Assembly (NCBI GenBank): GCA_016205975.1 | Contig: JACQSK010000015.1 | Location: 76,624-113,504, forward strand | DNA from: Candidatus Uhrbacteria bacterium | GTDB taxonomy: Bacteria > Patescibacteriota > Patescibacteriia > UBA9934 > GWF2-40-263 | Direction: 5' to 3' | Length of the DNA stretch: 36,881 nt | Shown: positions 26,301-33,862 of the stretch, piece after piece | Layout: every line of letters starts with the position of its first letter | How positions within the stretch are numbered: position 1 is the first letter of the stretch | Notes under the pieces: generated by a model | Seen by the model: only the letters and a program-made list of their open reading frames with translations | What the model was told of the DNA's origin: nothing | The model's database searches: none | Program-made: the position numbers and the translations under genes

Positions 26301-29300
26301 CATTCCTTCGCGGCCACGCCCTTGACGCAACGCAGCGCGACGGCCGAGGAGATCTCGCCCATCGCCGGCGTGTACGAATGGAGCTGGTCCTGGACGTCTT
26401 CCGTGGACGATGAGAGCGAAGACGACATCGTTGGAATCTCAAGCGGCGACGCAGCCGATGACACGCAAACGCTCTACACGGCCGCAGGCAACGACGGCGA
26501 GGAAACCGTGATCGCGACCGCGACCGTCACGGTGGACGAGTGGAGCACGACTTCCACCGTGGGAGATACAACCACCGGCACGCTCGCGGTCGCCGCCTTG
26601 GTGTGCGAGAACCCCTGGCCGGCGCTCGACTCGAGCCTGGGCTTCCCGTACGTGGAAGACGTCACGCCGAGTTACTTTTCGTTTTTCTATTGCCGCGACG
26701 CAGGCGAAGATGGCACCGATGATGATCTGCCCGCCTTGGAGGATCCCATCGACGTGACCTCGCTTGCCTCCTCGGACATCATTCAAGAATTGATTTTCCA
26801 GGTGGAAGATACCTCTGACGCGATCGGCGTGCGCGTCATTCCCAACGAAGACTACCTCTCGCCCGGCGCTTGGGTGGAGGCGGCCGAGTTCACCGGCACG
26901 TTTGGGGAGACCGAGCTGGACGGCTATGCGGCCGTGGAGAGCGGCACAACTCTGTACGCCGCTGCGGCCAACCAGAGCGGCACGACCATCTATCCCAACA
27001 TCTATGTCGTCTCCTATAACGACAATGCCGGCGAGGATGCGAAAGATATTTTTTCCGAGATTTTGGAAAATTGGAAGTTTAACGCCAACGACGACGACGT
27101 CACGGACGTAAACTTTTGCTCCGATGGGACAGACTATGTGACCACCGATGACGGCGAGTACCTCTCATGCGACTGGGACGGCGATTGCGCGGAGACATGC
27201 GAGGACAGCGTGTGCTCGCTCACCGGTGAGGCCTGTTCGACGGATGCGGACTGCGAGCTTGCCTCCGGCGCGGGCGTGTGCGACGCAGAGAAAGCAAAAC
27301 TGACGCGCGACATGCGCCGCCTCACGGATCTGACCGACCTGACCGCGACGCTTCAGAGCTACGGCGAACAGAACGCCCACTGCGCGGTTACCACCGACCA
27401 GTCCTGCGATTCAGACGCCGAGTGCCCGGGAACCGAGGACTGTCTGCTTGGCTTCCCAGACGTGCAGTCCGGCACGTTCGTCCCCGCGCTCACCAACAGC
27501 GCCTGGGGCTCCTGGAACTCGGCATTCGCCAACGCGCTCGCCACCACGCCGCCAACGGATCCCACGAACGCCTTTTATGCGTGCGACGAGGACGGCTATG
27601 ACGCAGCCTCCTGCTGGAACGGCGAGGCTGGGACATTCATCTGTCCGGACAACTCGCACGTGTACGGCTACCAGAGCTCGGGCGGCATCGCCTATACGCT
27701 CTACGCGCAAATGGAAACGTCGGCAAACGCCGCTTGGCCTTACGATATAGATGCCGACTCGACAGACGAGGTTACCTTGGTTGTCGAGTATCCGTCGGGC
27801 GCGGCACCTTCCTCCACGCTCCAAGACGGCTTTACCGCCACGGCGCAGTTCTGCGACGGAGGCACATGGGGAGATTCGGAGATCTGCGGAGACGGCACGC
27901 AAGGTGTGAGCGAGGCGTGTGAGATCGGGGACACGAAAGCGAGTCCGTGCACGGACTCCTCCGGCGAGGCCGGCTGGATTTCTTCCGCGTGCGTGAGCGA
28001 CTGCTCCGACTATCAGACACAGACGCAAGCCGAGACCGCGGGCGCCGAGTGCGTGCCCTACGAGTGCGGCAACGGCGTGGTGGACTCAGGCGAGACGTGC
28101 GACGACGGAAGCTTGAACGGCACCTATGGCTATTGCGGCGACGATTGCACCGGCTATGACTTCTATTGCGGCGATGGCTATTTGGCGGGCACGGAGCAGT
28201 GCGACTGCGGCATCACCGGACTCTACGACTACACGGATGCCACCGCCGATGACACAGGTTCCTATGCGTATCTCTCAACCTGCGATGTTTCCAATGGCCA
28301 GTACTCGAGCGCCATCGGCGTGAGTTGCGCGTATAACTGCACGCAGCCAGGACTTGCCTGCGGCGACGGGGTCGTGAACGGTGCGGAGGCCTGCGACGGC
28401 GACTACGAAGAATGGGAAGGCGCGTTGTGTTCCGACGGCGTGACCGAATGCACCAGCGACTCTGATTGCGATGCGGGCGCGTGCGGGGACGGCGGGGCCG
28501 TGAGCGGGACCGGCGACGTGTGCACGGATTGGGAGGATGCAGGGGAAACATGCACGCAGAACAGCCAGTGCGATTCAGGATCCTGCGACGGGGGCGTGTG
28601 CGGGAGCGCCTCGGACGCCGGTGATGTGTGCATGGCTGACAGCGATTGCGAATCCGAGTCCTGCCCAGACTTCAACTACAGCCTCTACCGCTACCGAACG
28701 TGCGAGAGCGACTGCACCTGGCCATCGACATGGACCGGGCCCGTGGGCGGCGAGCAGATTTGCGGCAACGGAACCGTAGAGGGAGCCGAGGCCTGCGACG
28801 ACGGAAACTCATCCAACAACGACGCGTGTCTGAACACCTGCACGGAGAATGTCTGCGGAGACGATTACGTCGAGTCGGGCGTGGAGTCCTGCGACGACGG
28901 CGACGACAACGGCGAGGTGTGCGAGGCCGGCTATGAGGATACGTGCAATTACTGCAACGCGCAGTGCCAGTACAAGACGCGCTCCGGCGGCTACTGCGGA
29001 GACGAGGTCGTGAACGGCGATGAGGTCTGCGACGGGACGTACTCGACGGCCTTCATATGGTTTGATAGCGCCACGGGGGACACGCAGGGGAGCTGTGAGA
29101 CCTACGAGGATGATGAGGAAGTCGAGTCAGGCGGGGAAACGTACAGTTATACCTGCCGCTGGCTGGGCGTCTGTAACGGCGGGGCCGAACAGGGCGACGT
29201 CTGCACGCTTGATTACTCGACCTACGCCTCTTCCGGTTCCGTGGAACAGCTCGCCGCGTCGCGCGCGGGTAACGTGAACACCTGCAGAGGCGACGTCAAT

Positions 29301-30608
29301 GACGATACGGACGACGGCGAGTGTGTGCCGCCTGTATGCGCAGCCAATTGCGGTTCATCGTGTCCGTTCTCTTATGAGACGACGGGCCTGTTGGTCCAGA
29401 GCGAGCTTTCCGGCGCGTCGCAGACAGACACGGTGGCGCTCTACAGCTATCAAAACGCCGACGGCAACTCTCCGGACAACGCGGTCGTGTACGTGCCCGC
29501 CTGTACGGCCGCCACGAAAATCACCGCGGACGTGGACAACGACGAGGTGGTTCCGCCGGACGTGGACATTGTGTTTGTGACGGACTTGACGAGCTCTATG
29601 TCCTACGCTCCCGGAGGCAGTTCAGAAGCCGACCCGGGCGAGCGCAAGATCGATTATGTGATTGACGCCGCGAAGGACGCCGTGGAGGAACTGTTTGACG
29701 CCTACGACAGCTACGAAAACTCGACGCTCCAGATCGGGCTCGTGTCCTATACATCGAAGTATCGGGATGATTACTCGTTCGGCGATGCGGCTTACAATTT
29801 CTGTAACTCGACCAGCATCGGTGTGAGCCCGGACGGTGCCTGGCAAGACCAGCAGCTCGTGAATCAAGAGGACGGTGAGTCCGCGATCTTGGATGATCTC
29901 AGCTCCTATGCGGACTGCGTTTGCGAAACATGCCTCTCAGATGGGTCGAGCTCTGGCTCCACGCCCACCTACCGCGGAGTACAAAAAGCCATCAGTGCGC
30001 TCGAGGACTCCGAGGCGGACGTGAAGATTGTGGTTCTGTTGACCGACGGCGACGTGGATTGGAATGAGTCGTTCCAGCAGACGGGAGACGCCGATGATTG
30101 CGCCTTCGAGAGCAAATCCTATCAGGGCCAAGAGTATGAGGGCTCCGAGGCCTGCATCGCCGACATCGCCGACGATCTGATCGAGGATTCGGATATCCTT
30201 TTCTATACAGCCGCTGTCACCACCAGCAGCAGGCGGCAAGGCTATACGGCGCACATGTCGAGCAACACATGCGCCTGGGATGAGGATGAGGAAGGCATCA
30301 GCTCCACAGACGACTGTTCAGGCAACTACGCCTTCGCGGCCGAGGATGAAGAAGGCATCGAAGAGATGTACGACGCGATCGTGGATGCGATCCTGGGCAC
30401 CAGCGTAACCTTCACGACCACCGACGAGAGCGGCACGACCTACACGACAACTGGAGGCGTCGAGGCTGGCACGGACGTGACTCTTCCGTTCCCTGATGGT
30501 TTTATCTGTGACTCCAGTGAGCAGACCATCCCGTTGCGCAACAGCTTCTATGGTGAAGGGACGATGCAGTTCTCTGACCTGGAGCTTACCTACTGCCCCT
30601 ACCAGTAA
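20352..30608 (+). CDS. Giant 3418-aa pilin-anchored acidic Cys-rich surface protein (Ig/Big_5, IPT/TIG, CGNG..E.CDDGN repeats, pilin-like insert, vWA)
   Basis: Uninterrupted ORF. Signal PVLAQ; VYGGFMYMTAGGNAERAKSAKKIL; four (I/V)T(I/V).G..FG...W.D-type IPT units; DUF4215-like Cys repeats; DIVFVTDLTSSM...TPT...VVLLTDG. Confidence 0.9.
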   Translation: MNLPHRSRFLGSLLALLISVGLFVAVPVLAQDVDLESFAEQAGFSTTADITVIIARLVRTAISFVGVVAVVFVVYGGFMYMTAGGNAERAKSAKKILVNAFIGIVLVFSSFAIVQFILNALTEATGASVTSEDGSGSSFSGEGSSSSFYLRSVNTDCASALQNLELQFVFSKKIDEDTVAEGITITKAGASSAVEGTFEVSGKTVTFTPAQACNAPYESSACFDATTDYAIELDSTVLESSTGSSLTCSTSYPCSFDFTTGTGVDLAGPSVSMDAPEDGESLYAGSIELLSAATTDDTGVSTVDFYVIDDDEAIYSSGVDLSTLGELTGGNAENVFTTDTNEEWNTSGYTTNETYSVWATGSDCAGNDDTASAVDIMLRASSCNNEVQDEDLGEEDVDCGGDDTSAYYCGACTGDACTENADCGSGQCVEGVCVETPKIESVTAGDGAVGNLITIAGEGFGDSAGTVTFLGTESDDEVTASAYACNSETQWSDGEIVVQVPSGAVDGPIAVTTADATQDPDRTDDDYGPSIADFDVNLIERPGLCSLDPDSGASATSVDVYGNNFGDAQGTAAFYFTNTEASSYVSWESDALTVGVPNVNAGAYRAQVFTGDYVCVDTLLNATGSTCSSDDDCDADAGESCAQSWCSQTLGYCEFDDDCGEDGGECASIRVGGNKLAFTVDETSSETTPVISSIDSGWSACSGGSDEGERCSEDSDCDSGACEDQATWAPSGQYITIYGTNFGTSTGSVFIENESLGYTALGDSDFPDACGEDFWHDTQITIKVPETYQNDVDIETGTHALSIERADGGESDATDMVILDDTPGPAICDLDPSAGPVGTEVTVYGENFGSAEGEVEFYSELSSSYTLWENDQVSAAVVPEGAATGPVYVIESVNGYPSNSANFEVGDCNEDSSLCEEGESCCSDGSCSTSCEEDEDVEAHYAFKVSTGITPNTPEVVVECDDSIASPSPWEGWSEPETVCVNATVHVDFDMDMDVSTLTAANITVEKCTAEDEDGACETWEAVSASDIETSTTGFTWTPVSDFDADTRHRVTLNGSGEEGAIQADESAGGGFLDGDEAWEFTTSSSTDACEVGGANVSPLTESVAETGDVSYLATLTAADDQCVTLSCSGYTVDWASDFDGAVIDTSRPGEGICTNTVDAQSETDAGDPAIITATVTDAQGDPSGEGELTINFTDPEVDDYFPDCASACVNAKPWAEFNTDMRESTLTTASVTLWACEDSLCAASELTEVSFVSSIDYDDSTQRAEIVFTSGSTMNESAWYRVVLDGDAITAANGNVLSESGSNYGSDANRYFEDDFSWVFKTKDSDVSCGVDSVVVSPPTTTLTAVGDRAEFDATAYGEPDECSTQGEALQSDSFTWSAWGAEDTPNALGDSTGSSSDQDDIVAYMILDGEIAMTNDLPAYCSGSCLNVGASVTTSDGVCGNGSEETYEECDDGNTDDGDGCSSSCLNEGTSACTATVVNGCCGDGSRDWTSSAGGEDCDDGNATSGDGCSTSCLNEGARAVGATCGDATRDWVTETGGEDCDDDNGVSGDGCSSNCLKEGSQAADDVYAICGNGKACTVDANCGEDETCSDLGSCVEPGEDCDDGNATSGDGCSSACLNEGTSVCATSTASDCCGNGTLETGEDCDGGPAGEDGCSSTCLFEGSSYAYATPSFCGDGDTGDGEECEASSSSTLTVGDYSVGQIATGAPTEVDATSGYAISRVSASVEGESDTATLQLECSCTTDASCGEVATLGCGESNCCFTRPGVSEAYPADNTASPGDGYCRNSAIYAVFTGLMDEATFDGNLYLDLESIDGVTVGDADACPEGYTTSSTTVRASSPLARAWQWLKGAVLGVFGLDASASTTFDCFLPVSYETVTDESGTSDTVYLRYSSLLEEDGIYRLVVVGDDTSTDTTFDGVLSQDAAALCLGTDCSSDTYAQSFYVGSEVCDLDSVSVEDEGDVNAAEFESASEEYFSATDEEHSFAATPLTQRSATAEEISPIAGVYEWSWSWTSSVDDESEDDIVGISSGDAADDTQTLYTAAGNDGEETVIATATVTVDEWSTTSTVGDTTTGTLAVAALVCENPWPALDSSLGFPYVEDVTPSYFSFFYCRDAGEDGTDDDLPALEDPIDVTSLASSDIIQELIFQVEDTSDAIGVRVIPNEDYLSPGAWVEAAEFTGTFGETELDGYAAVESGTTLYAAAANQSGTTIYPNIYVVSYNDNAGEDAKDIFSEILENWKFNANDDDVTDVNFCSDGTDYVTTDDGEYLSCDWDGDCAETCEDSVCSLTGEACSTDADCELASGAGVCDAEKAKLTRDMRRLTDLTDLTATLQSYGEQNAHCAVTTDQSCDSDAECPGTEDCLLGFPDVQSGTFVPALTNSAWGSWNSAFANALATTPPTDPTNAFYACDEDGYDAASCWNGEAGTFICPDNSHVYGYQSSGGIAYTLYAQMETSANAAWPYDIDADSTDEVTLVVEYPSGAAPSSTLQDGFTATAQFCDGGTWGDSEICGDGTQGVSEACEIGDTKASPCTDSSGEAGWISSACVSDCSDYQTQTQAETAGAECVPYECGNGVVDSGETCDDGSLNGTYGYCGDDCTGYDFYCGDGYLAGTEQCDCGITGLYDYTDATADDTGSYAYLSTCDVSNGQYSSAIGVSCAYNCTQPGLACGDGVVNGAEACDGDYEEWEGALCSDGVTECTSDSDCDAGACGDGGAVSGTGDVCTDWEDAGETCTQNSQCDSGSCDGGVCGSASDAGDVCMADSDCESESCPDFNYSLYRYRTCESDCTWPSTWTGPVGGEQICGNGTVEGAEACDDGNSSNNDACLNTCTENVCGDDYVESGVESCDDGDDNGEVCEAGYEDTCNYCNAQCQYKTRSGGYCGDEVVNGDEVCDGTYSTAFIWFDSATGDTQGSCETYEDDEEVESGGETYSYTCRWLGVCNGGAEQGDVCTLDYSTYASSGSVEQLAASRAGNVNTCRGDVNDDTDDGECVPPVCAANCGSSCPFSYETTGLLVQSELSGASQTDTVALYSYQNADGNSPDNAVVYVPACTAATKITADVDNDEVVPPDVDIVFVTDLTSSMSYAPGGSSEADPGERKIDYVIDAAKDAVEELFDAYDSYENSTLQIGLVSYTSKYRDDYSFGDAAYNFCNSTSIGVSPDGAWQDQQLVNQEDGESAILDDLSSYADCVCETCLSDGSSSGSTPTYRGVQKAISALEDSEADVKIVVLLTDGDVDWNESFQQTGDADDCAFESKSYQGQEYEGSEACIADIADDLIEDSDILFYTAAVTTSSRRQGYTAHMSSNTCAWDEDEEGISSTDDCSGNYAFAAEDEEGIEEMYDAIVDAILGTSVTFTTTDESGTTYTTTGGVEAGTDVTLPFPDGFICDSSEQTIPLRNSFYGEGTMQFSDLELTYCPYQ
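24670..25420 (+). repeat. Coding repeats of the CG(N/D)G...E(D/E)CDDGN..(S/D)GDGCS..CL.EG unit
   Basis: About five units. A 38-nt stretch TGCGATGACGGCAACGCGACCTCGGGCGACGGCTGTTC is identical at 24849-24886 and 25161-25198. Confidence 0.85.
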
Positions 30609-30612
30609 CCTT

Positions 30613-31377
30613 ATGGACTTCCAAGACCAACCGATAACAACAGCGCGCTCCATTCCCTGGAAGCCAGTGGCGATCGCCGCGGGCGGGTTGCTTGTGGCAG
30701 TGCTTGTGGTCATCCTGGCGGCGCGCCTCCTGCGCGGGGACGAGGCCACGCGCTCGCTCTTGCAAGAGGCTGAAGAGCTCGCAACGCCCGCGCTCGTGGC
30801 GGATTTTGCCGCGGACCATGGCTCCCTCGAGGCCTGTGAGTTGCTTGAAAGCGAGCAAGCGAGGGATAATTGTGCTTGGGGCGTTGCGCGCAGTCTTTCT
30901 GATGCGTCCCTGTGTGGCGCGCTGACGGATCCAGCCGCGGCCATGCGTTGTGCCGATGGTATTGTCGAGGCGTTGGCAATCGCAAATCTCGACGTGAGCG
31001 CGTGCGAGGCGATTCAAGACGGCGAGCGCGAGGCTCGGTGCATAGCGCTCCTCTCGGAGCCCGTGACCAGCGAAAATTGTCTTGAGCGCGCAACCGAGGC
31101 GTGCGACGACATTCGTCTTTACGAAGAAGCTGTAGCCACGCTCGACGCGCTTTTATGCCGCGAGATCGTTGAGGAGGGTCGGCGAGAATCCTGCGAGGAA
31201 GCCGTCGAGGATCGCTTGGACGTGCTGACAGAGGATGATGACGAAGACGGACTGACCAACGAAGAAGAGGCGCGCTACGGAACCGACCCGCAGAGTCCTG
31301 ATACCGACGACGACGGCTACCTGGACGGCGCGGAAATCGATGCTGGATATAATCCTAACGGCCCCGGCCGTCTTTAA
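30613..31377 (+). CDS. Membrane-anchored protein with helical Cys repeats and a C-terminal TSP3-like Ca-binding repeat
   Basis: N-terminal TM; repeated C..I....R..C units; DDDEDGLTNEEE..YGTDP..PDTDDDGYLDG.E...GYNP. Start placed at ATG 30613. Confidence 0.8.
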   Translation: MDFQDQPITTARSIPWKPVAIAAGGLLVAVLVVILAARLLRGDEATRSLLQEAEELATPALVADFAADHGSLEACELLESEQARDNCAWGVARSLSDASLCGALTDPAAAMRCADGIVEALAIANLDVSACEAIQDGEREARCIALLSEPVTSENCLERATEACDDIRLYEEAVATLDALLCREIVEEGRRESCEEAVEDRLDVLTEDDDEDGLTNEEEARYGTDPQSPDTDDDGYLDGAEIDAGYNPNGPGRL

Positions 31378-31386
31378 TCTTTCTCT

Positions 31387-32007
31387 ATGTTTGAAGATGT
31401 TAAAAAAGAACCTGAAGACATTTTTTCCGAGTCCGACGCGTCGGCTCCGCAAGTGGTTCCTCCGACCGAGCCGCCCCCAGGGCCCGCTCCCGTCATGAGT
31501 CCCATGGCACAGCGTCCCGCGCCCGCGCGCCGGTCGTTCCCCTGGAAACCGGCTTTACTGGTTGTCGCCATTGTGGTCGTGGTCGGCGCCGCGTTTTATC
31601 TCTCGGTTCAGATTTTGCGTTCCAAGACGCCCGTAACTCCGGAGCCGCCAGCGCAGGACGAATCCGCGGCCGCCCCTGTCTCCAACTCGGGTGCGGAGGA
31701 AGAGGAAACATCCGTCCCATCCGACCTCTCTGACCAAGGGGCTGAAGAAGAAAAAAAACCATCCTCGGCTGACACGGATAAAGACGGCCTGACCAACGAC
31801 GAGGAAGAAGCGCTTGGTACCAGCCCGCGTGCGGCCGACACGGACGGCGACGGTTTGTTTGATCTGGAGGAAGTCAGGACATGGGAGACGAATCCGTTGA
31901 ATCCCGACACGGACGGCGACGGCTATTTGGATGGGGAGGAAGTGAGCGGCGGGTATAATCCAAACGGTGAGGGCGCGCTGCGTGAAGCGCCGACAGAATC
32001 TGATTAG
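31387..32007 (+). CDS. Membrane-anchored protein with tandem TSP3-like (DxDxDG) repeats
   Basis: Pro-rich N-terminus, TM, then DTDKDGLTNDEE, DTDGDGLFDLEE, DTDGDGYLDGEEV..GYNP. Confidence 0.85.
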   Translation: MFEDVKKEPEDIFSESDASAPQVVPPTEPPPGPAPVMSPMAQRPAPARRSFPWKPALLVVAIVVVVGAAFYLSVQILRSKTPVTPEPPAQDESAAAPVSNSGAEEEETSVPSDLSDQGAEEEKKPSSADTDKDGLTNDEEEALGTSPRAADTDGDGLFDLEEVRTWETNPLNPDTDGDGYLDGEEVSGGYNPNGEGALREAPTESD

Positions 32008-32011
32008 CCCT

Positions 32012-33037
32012 ATGAGCGACACGACTCCACAGCTTCAACAGCCCGCTGAACAATCGCAGAAGCCTGCAGGGATCGAGGCGCGCGTGTTTACGATGCCCGA
32101 GCGGTACCGTCATGGCGCGGAAGGGAAGGTGCACGAGCCTGAGACGAAAGGGCCAAGAGCGCCCGTGGAGATTAAAACGCCGTCGGTTCCCTCCGCGCCC
32201 GCCTTGCCGCCGAGGCCACCTGCGCGTCAGAAAAAAATATCGAGCACAAAAAAGATTCTCCTCCTGGGCGCGGTCGTCTTGTTGGCGCTTGGCGTGGGTG
32301 GAACCATTTTGGTTTCAAGCGTTGAGGAACAGGGGCAGGAGGAGATCGTCACGGCCCCCGTCGTGAGACCAGAACCTCAACCGACGCCCGAGCCTGAACC
32401 CGAGCCTGAACCTGCAGGGGAACCCGAGCCGGAGCCGGAGGTGTTTCCCGTTGAGGTCCTGCCCGGTACAGACTCGGACTCCGACGGACTCTCTGACACG
32501 GAGGAGAGAACCATCTATGGCACGGACGTGCGTTTGCCTGACTCAGACACGGACGGATTCCTGGACGGCAACGAAGTGTTCCATCGGTATAATCCCGCGG
32601 CGCTGGGAACGCTCCTTGCCGCTGGAGTCGTGACGACGTGGCAAGCACAGACGCCTGAGGGCGAGGCGGGAGTCCAGAGAGTGGAATACGCGTTTGATTA
32701 TCCGACCGTTTGGGAGATGGAGTTCCTGGACGGGGAGCTCGTGTTGGACGCGCAGATCGGCGAGGGGTTCCGCATCTCGTTTGTCGAAAAGCAAGTAAGC
32801 CTTGCCGCCTGGGCCAGTGAGAACGTAGTGCTCGAGGATTCCATTTTTGGCACGACGAAGAACGGACTCCAGCTGTTGCAATCGAGTAACCAGCTTGAGG
32901 CGTATGTGGATCTCGGTTTGGCCGTGATGATCGTGAAATACGACACGGGGGTCAAGGCGCGCGTGGATTATTTGCAGACCATGCAGATGATGTTGAACAG
33001 CGTGAGGGTGGTGAACGGGTCGGACGAGCCGCTATGA
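32012..33037 (+). CDS. Membrane-anchored protein: PE-repeat stalk, TSP3-like repeats, PsbP-like C-terminal domain
   Basis: TM, (PE)n at about 32370-32440, DSDSDGLSDTEE, DSDTDGFLDGNEV..YNP, then YAFDYPTVW...MMLNSVRV. Start placed at ATG 32012. Confidence 0.8.
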   Translation: MSDTTPQLQQPAEQSQKPAGIEARVFTMPERYRHGAEGKVHEPETKGPRAPVEIKTPSVPSAPALPPRPPARQKKISSTKKILLLGAVVLLALGVGGTILVSSVEEQGQEEIVTAPVVRPEPQPTPEPEPEPEPAGEPEPEPEVFPVEVLPGTDSDSDGLSDTEERTIYGTDVRLPDSDTDGFLDGNEVFHRYNPAALGTLLAAGVVTTWQAQTPEGEAGVQRVEYAFDYPTVWEMEFLDGELVLDAQIGEGFRISFVEKQVSLAAWASENVVLEDSIFGTTKNGLQLLQSSNQLEAYVDLGLAVMIVKYDTGVKARVDYLQTMQMMLNSVRVVNGSDEPL

Positions 33038-33471
33038 TCCGTGCCGAACTGAACCAGTCACAACTCAGGGGCGGCCAGCGCCTCCCGGCGCGTTTGGTGG
33101 CGCGGACGCTGCGCGAAGTGGAGCGAGAGCTCCGTCTGAAAAAAGACGTCGCCTTCTCGGTTGCCTTTGTCTCCCCGGCGCAGATGCGAAAGCTCAATCG
33201 CGCCTGGCGAGGGAAAGATCGCGTGACGGACGTCTTGTCGTTTGAGCTTGCGGGTGAACAAACGTTCGGAGAGGTCCTCATTTCTTATGACCAAGCGCGC
33301 CGACAGGCTCGAGAGCGAGGGGCTGGGGCAAGAGAGGAGGTGCTGTTCCTTCTGGTGCATGGCATCCTGCATCTGTTTGGCTATGACCATGAGCGCAGCA
33401 AGGACGCCAAGCGCATGTTCCCGCTCCAGGCGAAGATTCTCACGCGCTTAGGTATTGACCCACGACTATGA
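33034..33471 (+). CDS. ybeY: rRNA maturation RNase YbeY
   Basis: LNRAWRGKDRVTDVLSF, GEVLIS, HGILHLFGYDH. Confidence 0.96.
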   Translation: MIRAELNQSQLRGGQRLPARLVARTLREVERELRLKKDVAFSVAFVSPAQMRKLNRAWRGKDRVTDVLSFELAGEQTFGEVLISYDQARRQARERGAGAREEVLFLLVHGILHLFGYDHERSKDAKRMFPLQAKILTRLGIDPRL

Positions 33472-33842
33472 TTCACGTCCGACGTCTGGCAAAAAGTTTC
33501 AAGCATGCCGTGCATGGCGTTGCGGTCGTTTTTCGTTCAGAGCAAAACTTTCGTATTCAAGTCGCGGCGGCGCTCGCGGCGTTTGCGCTGGCTCTGTGGT
33601 TCCGCGTCCGGTACGAGGAGTGGATCATCTTGCTGTTCCTCACAGGCGCGGTTTTAGTGCTTGAACTCGTGAACTCCATCCTTGAGCGGATCGTGGACAC
33701 GTTCAAGCCAAGAATCCATCCGGTTGTGAAGGACGTGAAGGACATCATGGCCGCGGCGGTCCTGATCGCCTCCCTGATTGCGCTTCTGGTGGGCGTCACG
33801 ATTTTTTACCCGCCGATTGCCTTGCTTGTTCAGTCTTGGTGA
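33468..33842 (+). CDS. dgkA: Diacylglycerol/undecaprenol kinase family protein
   Basis: SFKHAVHG...EQNFRIQ, ELVNSILERIVD, KDIMAAAVL. Confidence 0.92.
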   Translation: MIHVRRLAKSFKHAVHGVAVVFRSEQNFRIQVAAALAAFALALWFRVRYEEWIILLFLTGAVLVLELVNSILERIVDTFKPRIHPVVKDVKDIMAAAVLIASLIALLVGVTIFYPPIALLVQSW

Positions 33843-33862
33843 GGTTATACTGATGAGCGACT

